The translations under genes and the position numbers were made by a program. Under the pieces are notes generated by a model. That model was not told the origin of the DNA. It did no database searches and worked only from the letters and a program-made list of their open reading frames with translations. This document shows, in pieces, positions 24,889-36,005 of a DNA stretch of 64,000 nucleotides. The DNA is taken from the NCBI GenBank assembly GCA_010093605.1, contig MU004187.1:992001-1056000 (forward strand), read 5' to 3'. Numbering within the stretch: position 1 is the stretch's first letter; each line of letters starts with the position of its first letter. This stretch comes from Lophium mytilinum. Taxonomy: Eukaryota.

Positions 24889-25100
24889 TTCATTAAGGCA
24901 TTGCATCAGAGACTATGTAGGTAACCCGACCACTTGTAATGGAAGCAATGGGAGTAATAGGAGTAATAGGAGTAATAGGAGTAAAAGGAGTAATGGGAGT
25001 AATGGGAGTAATAGGAGTAATGGGAGTAATGGGAGTAATGGGAGCAATGGGATTCAATGAGGCATTGCATTGGAAACTATGTAGGTGACCCGACCACTTG
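24889..25100. repeat. (GGAGTAATR)n 9-mer array between two ~50-bp direct repeats 164 bp apart
   Basis: GGCATTGCAT..ACTATGTAGGTRACCCGACCACTTGT at 24897 and 25061, with ~12 9-mers between them. Confidence 0.9.
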
Positions 25101-25242
25101 TCCAAGCGGTCCACCAAGCCCGTGGATACTCCTACCTAATTCCCAGGAACCCGTACCGAAATGTCCGTACGCCTCGCTACCTATGGCATCCTTGCCTATG
25201 CATGAACCGAAATCGGACAATGAAGTCACAAGACCGGAAAAA

Positions 25243-27502
25243 CTATCTGAAGCGGTGCTCGCCGCGGCCACCAGTGTTCCTCTCCCTACGCCTCCGGCCC
25301 TGCTCAGATTCCCTCGACTCCTTGTCCTCGGCCTCCTCCCTCATCTCCCGGTCGACCTTCTCGCGAATCCGCATGATCTGCGCTTCAGTGAGGCCGTGAT
25401 TGTTCACCACGACGCTTGGGGCGCCCTCTAGGTAGCGGAGGTTCTCCATGGCGTGGGCAACGAGCTTCTGCAACTTTTCGCGCGAGTTCTGGTTATCGTG
25501 ACGCTTCGTGTTATGCAGATTTGGGTAGAGCATGCCACCACCGTTCTCAGCACCGTCAAAGGCTTGCAGGTATGGGAGATGCATTGGCAGGTTATTGTGC
25601 AACTCGGATCCAGTGCAGACGGCTGTCTCATGGCACCAAGTGCGGGCCACGTTACGTGGAGTGTAGCCGCCGCCTCCAATGAGGAGTAACGGGATGTTGA
25701 AGCTCTTGACGTGTTCGACGCAGAAGCCGTGCGCCTTGATGTTGAGATTGAAGCGGCCGAGACGGTCGCCTCCAAGCGAGTCTGCTCCACATTGCAGTAC
25801 GATGGCTGTAGGCTGGTATTTCAAGATCACCGCACCTGTGACAGTCTTGAATAGCCACTTATATTGCTCGTCGTCGATACCGTCCTCGAGCGGGATGTTG
25901 AGCGTGTGGCCTTTTCCACGGTTGGATGGGTCCGTGGGACCAACCTCGTTGATGTTGCCGGTTCCTGGGAAGAAGCCCGCGCCCCATTTATCCAGGCCAT
26001 ACTTGTGGTAGGAGAGAGTAAAAACTCGGTCAGTGGACTCGAAAGCCTGCTCAACGCCATCGCCATGGTGCACGTCTACGTCAATGTAGAGCACGCGCTG
26101 GTGTTGAGTGAGAAGGTGCTGGATGGCAAGCACGATGTCGTTGACGTAGCAGAAACCAGACGCAGCATTCTTCTTCGCGTGATGCAGGCCGCCAGACCAG
26201 TTGATCGCAATATCGGATTGCTGATTTAGCAGGTTATGGGCGGCATGCATGGAGGCACCGCTGTAGAGCGAGACGTAATTCCAGAGACCGTCGAAGACGG
26301 GACAATCGTTAGATTCGCCACCAAAGCCAAACAGCTCTAGATATTTGGCCTTTGCAGGATCCGAGTCCAGGTTTTGGGGGGTGATGCTAAAACAGTGTTA
26401 ATATCGAACAAATCGCGAGAAATAAGCATGTTGGAGCGTATCATACCTCTGGAGGAAACCCAAATACTGACGGTCATGGAAGATGGCTAGCTCGTCGAAG
26501 GTAGCAGGTCGCGGTTGATACAGATCCATAGCATATTCAAGACCGTATGCGAGAATCAACTGCTTCGCGAGGGTCAAACGCCAAGGCTTCATGGGATGCG
26601 AGCTTCCGAAATGGTGATATTCGACTTCGGCATTGTAATGGAACGAGACCTTGTAGCCTTTGGGCTTCTCGATGCCGTACTCATCAGCCTCCTTCTGAAT
26701 GACGGCCTCCTTTGCCTCGGCAGACATGCTCTTGAAATCTCCGTAATCGACCGCCCATGGCTCTGTGGGTTCCCATTCCTGGACAATCTGGTTGGAATTC
26801 TTGCTCGCTGGACCTGGCATGAACCCTAAGTTCGGAGCCATCGTAGCAGCGCCCCTCTTGCGCTCGTTTCGGGCAGAATACTTGTTGGGGGGGCCAATAG
26901 CTATCAAGTTCAGGATGTCTTCCCACTTGGTCTTAGTGTTGGAAGTCCTCGAGAGCGGTTCTCCTGAGTCGGCAACAGTGACAACGTAGTCTTCAGCTGT
27001 TAGTCCAGTCCAATCTCTAGCGGGCTTGGATAATCTTGATGCACGCGGGCGAGGTCGTTTCTGCAGCAACAGTAACTCACTACGACCCGGTCCCTCAGAT
27101 GCACTCCTCTTCTTCGACCCAGAGGGCTTGGAAGCAGCCGAGTCACAATCAGACGCGCCTAAATCAGGGGCTTGGATACCAAGAGATAGTTTGTTGAGCT
27201 TGGTGGTTGCAGATCGAAGAACACGCTTCCCATGGGCCTGCGCACTGAGGTCTACTGGCGTTGGAGGCGCGTAGCCGCCTGAGGCGTCCTTGCTAGACTC
27301 TGGGGACGTAGGATCTTCTTCGTCGGAGTCAGCGCGGTCCTGGGGGTCGTCGAAATGGCTAAATTTGAGGTCAGTCTGGATGATTTGATGTGGTTGGAGG
27401 CGGGATGCGGGCGCTGTACAGGGCTGAATCGGCGCCATCACCCATCTGGCCATGGTATGTGGCGTCCATCTTGGCGTGCAGCTGATCAACCTCTTTGACC
27501 AT
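25243..27502 (-). CDS. hos2: Class I histone deacetylase, HOS2/HosA-like
   Basis: Motifs HPMKPWRLTL, WSGGLHHAKK, GFCYVND, YIDVDVHHGDGV, QCGADSL and GGGGY. Intron at 26387-26446. Start is either 27502 (via a putative intron at 27359-27419) or the downstream ATG at ~26840. Confidence 0.9.
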
Positions 27503-27890
27503 GTGGACCGTCGCAAAGACAGCAGCAAACACGAAACTGTCGAAGTGGTGTTGAGAGGACGACGAGCAGACGAAGAGGAAGTGATTTAAAGCCACGGCGC
27601 GACTGAAGGTGCGCCTTTTTGGGGGGAAGTCCGCCTTCACTGGCCACCTGTTGAGCAGACAGCGCGATTGACCACACCGCGCCTTCACCTACTCCACCAC
27701 GTCGATTCCATCAAACTTTCATCAGAATCTCGTCCGCTACTATCATCTCCATCCACCTCCATCACGGTTTTGCCACCAGACTCGTTCTTTGCGTGAATCA
27801 CCACGAATCCACCAGCCAAGCCCATCAAGACCAACATCTCGCCACAAATCCAGCCGTCAAAACACTCAAGAATAACCTCTCACTACGACT

Positions 27891-29225
27891 ATGGCTATCC
27901 AGGAAGACCCCGCCTCTGTACTGGATCAGTGGCTTCATGATGGTGAGTTCATTCACTTTGCTAATAGGATACCGTCTGACTCCTGATGCAGTGGCAAACC
28001 TGCCGGCAGAAATCTCACATCTGTACGAGGAGATGCAGGCTAAAGAGCAGCAGATCCAAGACTACAAGAGCGTCATCGCTGGCCGTGACAACAGCCTGCA
28101 GAAGTTCATCAAGATGAACGGCAGTCTCGTCGTCAACCCCAAAGAGGAGCCCTACAAGAAGGTCATCCGCGAAAACTACGACAAGGCCATGATCCTCCAG
28201 AACGAGAAGGTCGCCCTGGCCGAGAGAGCACAGGCTCTGGTACGTTTCCTCTTTCACGTCGGTGACATTCACTGCTCACATGACCAAAGTTCGACCGTCA
28301 AGTCAAGCGGCTGGATATCAAGATTCGAGATCTCCAGAACGATGGCTCCATGGCAATTGATCCCCAGCTACCAACTCTGCTGAAAGAATCCATGGGTAAC
28401 TTGGTCCCGCCCCTGTCTGCCAGCAACACAGGCACTTCCACCCCACTCAACCCTCTGTCGGGTAATGCCGGCGGAGGTTCCAGTATTGCCAATGCTGCTA
28501 TTGCTCGCATCGTATCTGCTACGTCTGGGGCGGGGAGGGCTAACCCAACTGCTCTTCAGAACATGCAGACGCAAGCTCTCCTCAATCAGCAGCGCCTCGC
28601 CAACGCCCAGACTGCTTCCCAAGCAGCAGCCCGACAGGAACGCGAGATGTCAGCTGGCAGTGATACCAAGCGTCGTCGTCTCAATGCCAGCCTTGGTGCC
28701 CTGCCTCCAGCTCCATCTTCTCTCGGCCGACAGTCTTCACTTGGTCCAGGCACGCCAAAGCCTTCCACACCTGGCGGCAGTCGAGCGGGAAGCGCAGGAC
28801 CTAGGCCGCAAAAGCGTGCTCTAACTATCAAAAAAGCAAATCCTCAGCAGCCATTGCGCAAACAGCTGGGCAACAAAGCAGGTCTTTCGAAGAAGTCTCG
28901 TCGTCGTCTGAATGGCGGATCACGTGCTTCTCCATCTACGACAGCAGACGACGAAAGCGGAAGAAGCGAGGGCGGAACCGAGGACGAGGAGATGACTGGT
29001 GTTGGCCACGACGGAGCGGCCGATGCCGACGACGACGAGGGAGATGACACCAAGTACTGCTTTTGCCAGAGTGTGAGCTACGGCGACATGGTGGCCTGTG
29101 ACAACGAAAACTGCAAGTACCAGTGGTTCCACTGGGACTGCGTCCACATAAAAGAAGAACCAGTCGGCGACTGGCTGTGCCCCGAATGCTCCAAGCCAGG
29201 GACCAAGGTCAAGCGGGCTCGTTGA
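27891..29225 (+). CDS. yng2: ING-family PHD-finger protein, Yng2/ING3-like, 3 exons
   Basis: N-terminal ING domain ([19 protein letters not shown]) and C-terminal PHD ([36 protein letters not shown]). Introns at 27943-27991 and ~28240-28289. Confidence 0.88.
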
Positions 29226-30590
29226 TATTCTTGCAGGTTCGAGGATGTCGAATTGGATATCAGAAATTTCAAGGTAATTTGTGCGCTTGGGTCAGCATTT
29301 GGACAGACTAGGACTAAGCTTGAAACGCATTCCCGGTAAGCGGGACGCATGTTGCTACCAGGTCTATAGAACATCACACGGGTTTGAGTGCGCGTTGGAA
29401 AAGCATGATTTTTCAACAGTGGGTTGGAAATGCATTATGTTGATGACGGGTTGGAAATGCTGGATATTTCGACGGCGGGTTGGAATGAAAGCATGCAGTT
29501 TCTCATGGCGGCAGGTTCTCCTGAACGTCATATACACTATATACCCATTATACCCATGTTCCAGTTTCTGAGGCAGAACAAGCTTCATCACGAACAGACT
29601 GCGGATCCGAGATGGATCGACGACGCGTGAGAATGATCACTCTCGCGACCCTAGCTAGACAGGGGCAAACAGGTTCCTCGGAAGATAAAGTAGCAGTTAA
29701 CAAACGCTAAGGACTCTCATTACAACCAGTCCTACACTAAACACACACTCTCCAGGCTTGTACACACTGCCGAGTACTGCATGGAGTCCTCTGATGCTGG
29801 ATTTTCGTTAGCAAGACTTGTAAAGCGACAGTTGCAGCAACGTAAAAAATCCCTTGGTCGCCCGAGAAGATGCCAGACTACCGTTTTATATTCAAGGGAG
29901 GCAGAGTGGTCCTCCCTGATCCTGGCTGGACAGGGGGCCAGGGGTTTCTTGGAGTTGTATTCAGCAAAATCACCCTCCTTCAGCCGACCAGCCCGCGCTC
30001 AAAGTGCGGCACCTGACTATCCTCCGTCTTTATTCTGTCTAGGAAGCTGAAGAAACTGGCGCCCTGTATAGCGGGCGGTCGTTTCGAGTGCGCCATTCGC
30101 TGCGACTTACCCGCGGCGCCAAAAGCCCACCGTTGGCCTTGCATTTGTAGGACTAGCCCGCCAAGAGCGAAAGGGGCCATAGCGAGGGAACTTCACTCCG
30201 TCTGCTCTCCCTGCAGGCGGCTCGTCCTCTCTACAATACTCTCCTTTGGCCCTCTGTGCTGCGTTGATTGCTTGCTGTGACGACATTCTGTGCTCTTAAT
30301 TGCCACGCCCACGCTCCTTCTTTGTTCACTGCTGCGCTCCTTTCACCACAACTCAACGCAGACCTCCGGGTCCCACGCCAGCCACACCGAGTCCCGTCTT
30401 TACCTACATTTCTCGTTTCACAGCTGTTACTGCCCGGACGCCACTCCCCATCGAATGGTCCGCAGCGATCCGAAGCCAGATCTCCCTTCGTGTTGTGTGC
30501 CCCCGTTGTAGCAGCGCCCGCGAGTCTTGTCTGCATTCCTGACCGCTAGGCGCTTCGGCGTTCGCTCTGGCGTCCTCCTCGCAAAACACC

Positions 30591-33500
30591 ATGAATGGGC
30601 GCAATGTCACACTGTCACCGGTTTCCACAGACAGCAACGACTGGTCCCCAATCTCGAGATACCAGAACCTGAACGGCAGCGACAGCCCATATTCACCCAT
30701 AGTCCCCAACAATAGAGGCATCACGCCGCCCACTTCGGTCCACACGAGCACGAGCACAACGGATGGGGGGATGTCGAATGGGCTGCCAAACGGTCCGGGG
30801 CGGCGGCGGCCAAGCAACGGCAATCCATCGCCCCCCAGCTCTGTCGGTCGGTCCAGCGACGGCACCGGGCTCTACGCGTCAAGCATGACGGATTTGAGCG
30901 CCAACAGCCGCAAGGCCCTTATACTGGAGGAGACACTGTCGCAGCACTTCACCGTGTTGAAGGTCTATCTGGGTCCATATCTGCGGGACGAGAAGGGCAA
31001 CCTGCGGCCGAGCCGAGCAAAGGACAAGCTCACGCGACTTTCACAAGTGCAATTCCAGGAGCTGAGTACGGACGTCTACGACGAATCACTTCGACGAGAG
31101 CAAGAGCGCAAGAAGGGCGGCCCCAATGCGCCGGGGAATGATACACCCAAGTTTTTGCTACCGAAAAATAATTTCCACCCCAAGCGGAATCAAGCGCGAC
31201 AGAAGCTCTCCACCCTGCCCCTCGAGCGCTTCCGACAACTCGCTACCGACGTCTACTACGAATTGGACCGCCGGTTCCCCCGCTTTAGTGGAGGAGAGAT
31301 TGAGCGAATCGGCAGTCCGGCTGGGAGTGTTGCCAGCAGAGGCAGCGGTCGTGGACCACCAAGTCGCGGCGGCACCCCCAACGGCATGAACGGCGGACCA
31401 CCCCCCGGATTCCGTAGACCACCGCCACCCCAAGGCGGCATGCCGTATCGCAATGGTCCACCAGGTCCTCCTCCTGGCTCTCCAGGTGGTCCTCCAGGTG
31501 GTCCTCCAGGTTTTCCTCCAGGTGGTCCTCCAGGTGGTCTGCGGCCAGGCTCTCAAGCAAGTCAAGGCGGCGACTTTGGACGGCCACTGCCAAAGACCTT
31601 CCAGAGCAACACGATAGTCCCGAACAAGAGTACCATGGTCGAAGACGACGATGATGGCAGTGGCATGGACGATGACGATGACGATCAGGAAGATGCCTTC
31701 AACCTCGAAGGGGCGACGACCCGGCAGAGCAGGCGGCAAACCAACAAGAGCTTGAAGAGCGTGAAGAGCATGATCGGGCCTGGGGTATGACTTCCTGATC
31801 ATTCTAGCTTTGGCATCACACTGACCAATTCACAGCAGGAAAAACTTGTGACGGATCTTCAATCGCAAGTCTCACAGCTGCAGGGCAAAGTGGACGCCCT
31901 TGAAGGCGATCTAAAAAACAAAGAAGCAGAAGTTGAGAAGTTAACCTCTTCGGTGAGAGACAAAGAGAACGTGAGTCGTGCCATTCGTTCATGCTGGTAC
32001 TAGAAACTAACATGATCAGGCCTTATCATCCCAACAAGCTGAATGGGACGAATTGCGGTCCTCTCTAGAAAGTAAAGTCAACGACGCCGAGAACCTGAAC
32101 TCTTCCCTCCGCTCTGAGATCGACAAGCTGCGCAATGATAATTCCTCAAAGGAACGAGAATTCGACGCGCATATCAATGATCTTCAGATGGAGGTGCGCA
32201 AGCTAGAAGATCAACTACAGGACCAGGGCCCGAATGGCCAAGACGAAGAGTGGCGCCACCGGTATGAAGATCTCGAGCGGGAGCTCACCAACCAGCAACA
32301 AGTCACGGAAGAAGTACGGCAGCAGGCCTCGCAATTTCTACAAGAAATGAAAGAGTTATCGAAACGTAACGATCAGACACTGGAAAAGGAGGAACGCCTT
32401 CAAGGCCAAGTCTCTGGTCTCGAAAGCGAGCTCAGAGATTGGAAGTCTCGCTATGCTGTTGCTAAGACCAAGCTCCGGACACTCCGCGCTTCGTCTGTCG
32501 GTTTGGGCATGGCCATGCACTCGCCCGAGTTGAACGGCTTCGTGAAGGACAGAAGTTTCGCCTCACCCGACGGACTCGTAAAAGACATTCACGTGACGAA
32601 GTTCCAGCTCAGCATCGACGAATACCTGCAGGTGGCTAGGAGGGAGGATCCGCAAGCGCTACTGGACTCGATGAAGAATGTTTTTGTTTGTGTCAAGAAC
32701 ATTACCTCGGATATTGGTGCCGGCAGTCCTGCATCATCACCGCAGTCCAAGAATGGAAGCGTCTACACTGATAGCGGGAGTGCCAGTCCAGACAAACAGC
32801 AGTCAAAATTAAAGGCACAAGTCAGCGCCACAACAAACAATCTCATCACGGCCAGCAAGAACCATGCCTCCTCGGCTGGCATGTCGCCAATCAGTGTTGT
32901 CGATGCTGCCGCAAGCCATCTCAGCACAGCCGTAGTTGAACTCGTCAAGTTCGTCAAGATCAGGCCTACGCCTCCAGAGGAGCTTGAGGAAGAGGAAGAC
33001 GCAGACAGGCCAATGCCACTCAATTCGTATGGTGCTGGAGGCAGCCCCTACGGACTCGGTGTATCAGGCTTGGGACCAGGCCACATGAGACATCGTAGCC
33101 GCGGCGGAAGCACAGACTCAGCTAGCTACCGAACCAGCCTCAACTCGCCCCGCCACGCGCATAGTAGCTGGGCGAGCCGGAAGAGCGTGAACGGTATCAT
33201 CCCAGAGGTAGACACCGGCATGTCTGATTTAAGGGTATGATATGAAACATTCCAGCGAAAAGAAACGCACTGACTTGCTACAGACCTACCTCGACGACCA
33301 AACCGCTCTCCTCGTCCAGAGCATCCAGCCCCTCGTCCACGCCATCCGCTCACTCCCCCCATCCGCCGTCATCCCGGATCAGGATTCCCTGCAGCTGTCG
33401 AACTACATCTCCGACATCGGCCAAGCAGTGCAAGACACCGCGCTCAAGGTGCAGCAATCAGTAGCCGCGCTGGAAACCCCGGCGCTCAAGAAGCACGCCC

Positions 33501-33746
33501 TGCCTGTGGTGGATACCCTGCTGGACTGTCGCGCTGGCATCATGAATGTGGACGTGCGGACGGAGGGCAGGAAAGAGGTTCCGCCGCTGGCCTTCCGCAC
33601 TGCCAAGGCGATGAAGGTGAGCTACCACATCAACTTCACTTTCGCGTGTATGGGATGCTAATAGTAACTAGGAACTCATGCTCCGCGTCGAGCGTATCGA
33701 GAACGGCGAGTTGAAGGTCGAAATGCCAGTCGTCACGGACTACTGA
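30591..33746 (+). CDS. spa2: Polarisome scaffold Spa2/SpaA, multi-exon
   Basis: Two Spa2/GIT homology repeats (KLTRLSQVQFQELSTDVYDE; ARQKLSTLPLERFRQLATDVYYELDRRFP), a coiled coil and a C-terminal helical domain. Confidence 0.9.
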
Positions 33747-36005
33747 TCCCATTTCATCCCCCCCTTGAGTTCTTTCTTCGTTTGCGTATCAGCATGGCCC
33801 TGGTTGGAGTCACGGGACTTGTACCCTCATCTCATGAGGTTTCGAACTTCACATCCCCTTCTCTAGGCGGTCACTCAGCCCGCGTCTTTTTTTTCGGAAA
33901 ATTCTCCGTTTCTTTGGTCAGCACGCATACGGACACGACCCCCTCATGGCTCTCCGTCGGCGGTACTTTTTTTTTATACACATGGCGATGGAGCTAAGGT
34001 CGATTCTTTTCTTGTTGGGCGGCGAGTGGGTTTTCACAGAGACGCCGCTGAATACGGCTGGATGCGTGAGAGTTTTGTTTAATTTCTGAAATGCAAGGGG
34101 GAGGGGATGGGGTGGGGTGATTTAGAGCCTGTCGAGGCGGGTTGGGTGGGCAAGGGTGGTTTGGAGAGAAGGACCGGAAGGGGAGTGTACGGCAGCTACG
34201 TAGGAATGTGAACGATGTGATTGAGCGGCTGTTCAGAGGTGTGTATATCTGTTTGACACTGTTTGGAGGTCCTCGATGGGTCGGTGAGACGCTGGGGTCT
34301 AGGGAATTGGAGTGTCTGTGGGCATGTTGGAGTGGCTGAGGCGAAGGGGGAGAGACTCGCCTTCACTGCCCCCAAACAAGCCCCCAGCGTGACCATTCAC
34401 CGCTAGCCGCCGCCGCCTCACAAAGAAAGGAAAAGAAGGTACAAAAAGAAGACGCGGGGTCCACCTTCACCGCGGATCGAACCGGCAAAAGTTCACCCTG
34501 GCTGCGAGGTGCCAGGGTTATGAAAACCGGAGTTTTGCAGACTACATACTTGAAACAACACATGGTAATTGTTACACTGGTCCAAAAGCGCCCCCTAAGT
34601 GCCAGATCCTTAGGGTGAGAGGGGTGCAGAATGTTAGGGTTTATATAGACGGGTGAAGGTTTGGAAGGTAGGGGTGTGGGTAGATGGGGGAAGTGAGGTG
34701 AGGTCGTAAGCAGGGTTGGAGGGTAGAAGCGGAAATCGCGTGGTGAGAGTGAAGGTGTGGGCGTGTTTGGGTTGTGCTGGCTAAGGTGCCTCGGTGCGTT
34801 GAGCTCGAGCTAGAGGTAGTGTGGATCAAGTAGTTCTAAAAGTGCATGAAAGGTTATGGTTTGCGCTGCTTAAGATTTCTTCGATATGTTTTAGAGGTAT
34901 GGATAATATTAGAGATCCGTGACCTGAAACAGCTTTTCAGTTCTTGAGATTTGGCACGCTGTTATCTACTAGTGGTCGCTTTTGTGTCTTGTAGTACTAT
35001 ACCTAGGTAGGATGTTTAGTTCTCGCTTCCGGTTTCCCTATTGCTCTCTTCTGGAAACTAGAGAGGGAGAGTCGTGTCTGTGTAGGACAGCCGTCTGACC
35101 TGCCTTCACACTTTTACGGAAATCCGCATAGAACGATTTGACCTGTAAATTTAGCCCACTAGGCTGCCTCTACCAGAGCCCTAACGTCATGCAGTCGTAG
35201 AGTGCTCCGAGGTAACTGCCCTCTCCTCTTCACAGTATAATTGTAGTCATCTCTAAGTTCTTCATAATAAGCTTTATCTACCCACTTAAAATACCAAATA
35301 TACATTTATTATCCCTTGCCGAGGGGGCAGCGGGCGGGGCACATTAGCCTAATTTGTAGCACCTGGGCGCAATATATAATCTGCTGCAGGCTCCGACGTC
35401 GCTCTTCAATAGACTGACTTCTCTCTGGCGGCACGCCATCTTTGTGTACTTATGCGGTGTGCAACAGGACGAAGGGCGTCGAGCTTGTAACCCTTGTAGG
35501 TGCGTTGCTGCCAAAAAGCCCAGCTGCGAGTCGCCCCTTATCTTCCAAGGTTCTGCAGCTCCCCTCCCTCTCCTCCATCTTGTCCACCTCACAAGCAACT
35601 ACAGATGACACGCGACCGGGGACACTAGACCCTTCAAAATAGATTCTCCTACTTACACCTCATCTGGGACTGCTTGACATCTGGCTGTGACGGCTACGGA
35701 TACGTGAGCGTGTTGAATGAGTTCGCAAAAGCGCTGCTTAGATGCCGAGGCAGGGGATCTAGAATTATAGTTGGCCCCCATTGGGAAGCGCCTTCGGCGT
35801 TCTTAGCTTTTCGCAGGCATCCAACACTGTTGCGGCTCAGACACGAGATGCCCGCTACCCCTGGAATTTTCCTCCTTTAACATGCAGCCTTTAACATGCA
35901 GGTTCGTTGTGTCTTAATGCCTGAACAAATTCCTCCTCGATTTTCTTTCCGTCTGAAAACTATCCATCGGAAGAGAGGGTTGGTGGGTACGCCTCATCTG
36001 CCAGC

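Noticed and set aside
31455..31540. 12-bp CCTCCAGGTGGT repeat
   Set aside because: It is ordinary low-complexity PPGG coding sequence in spa2.
34605..34645. TTAGGG hexamers
   Set aside because: Only two isolated copies occur, not a telomeric array.
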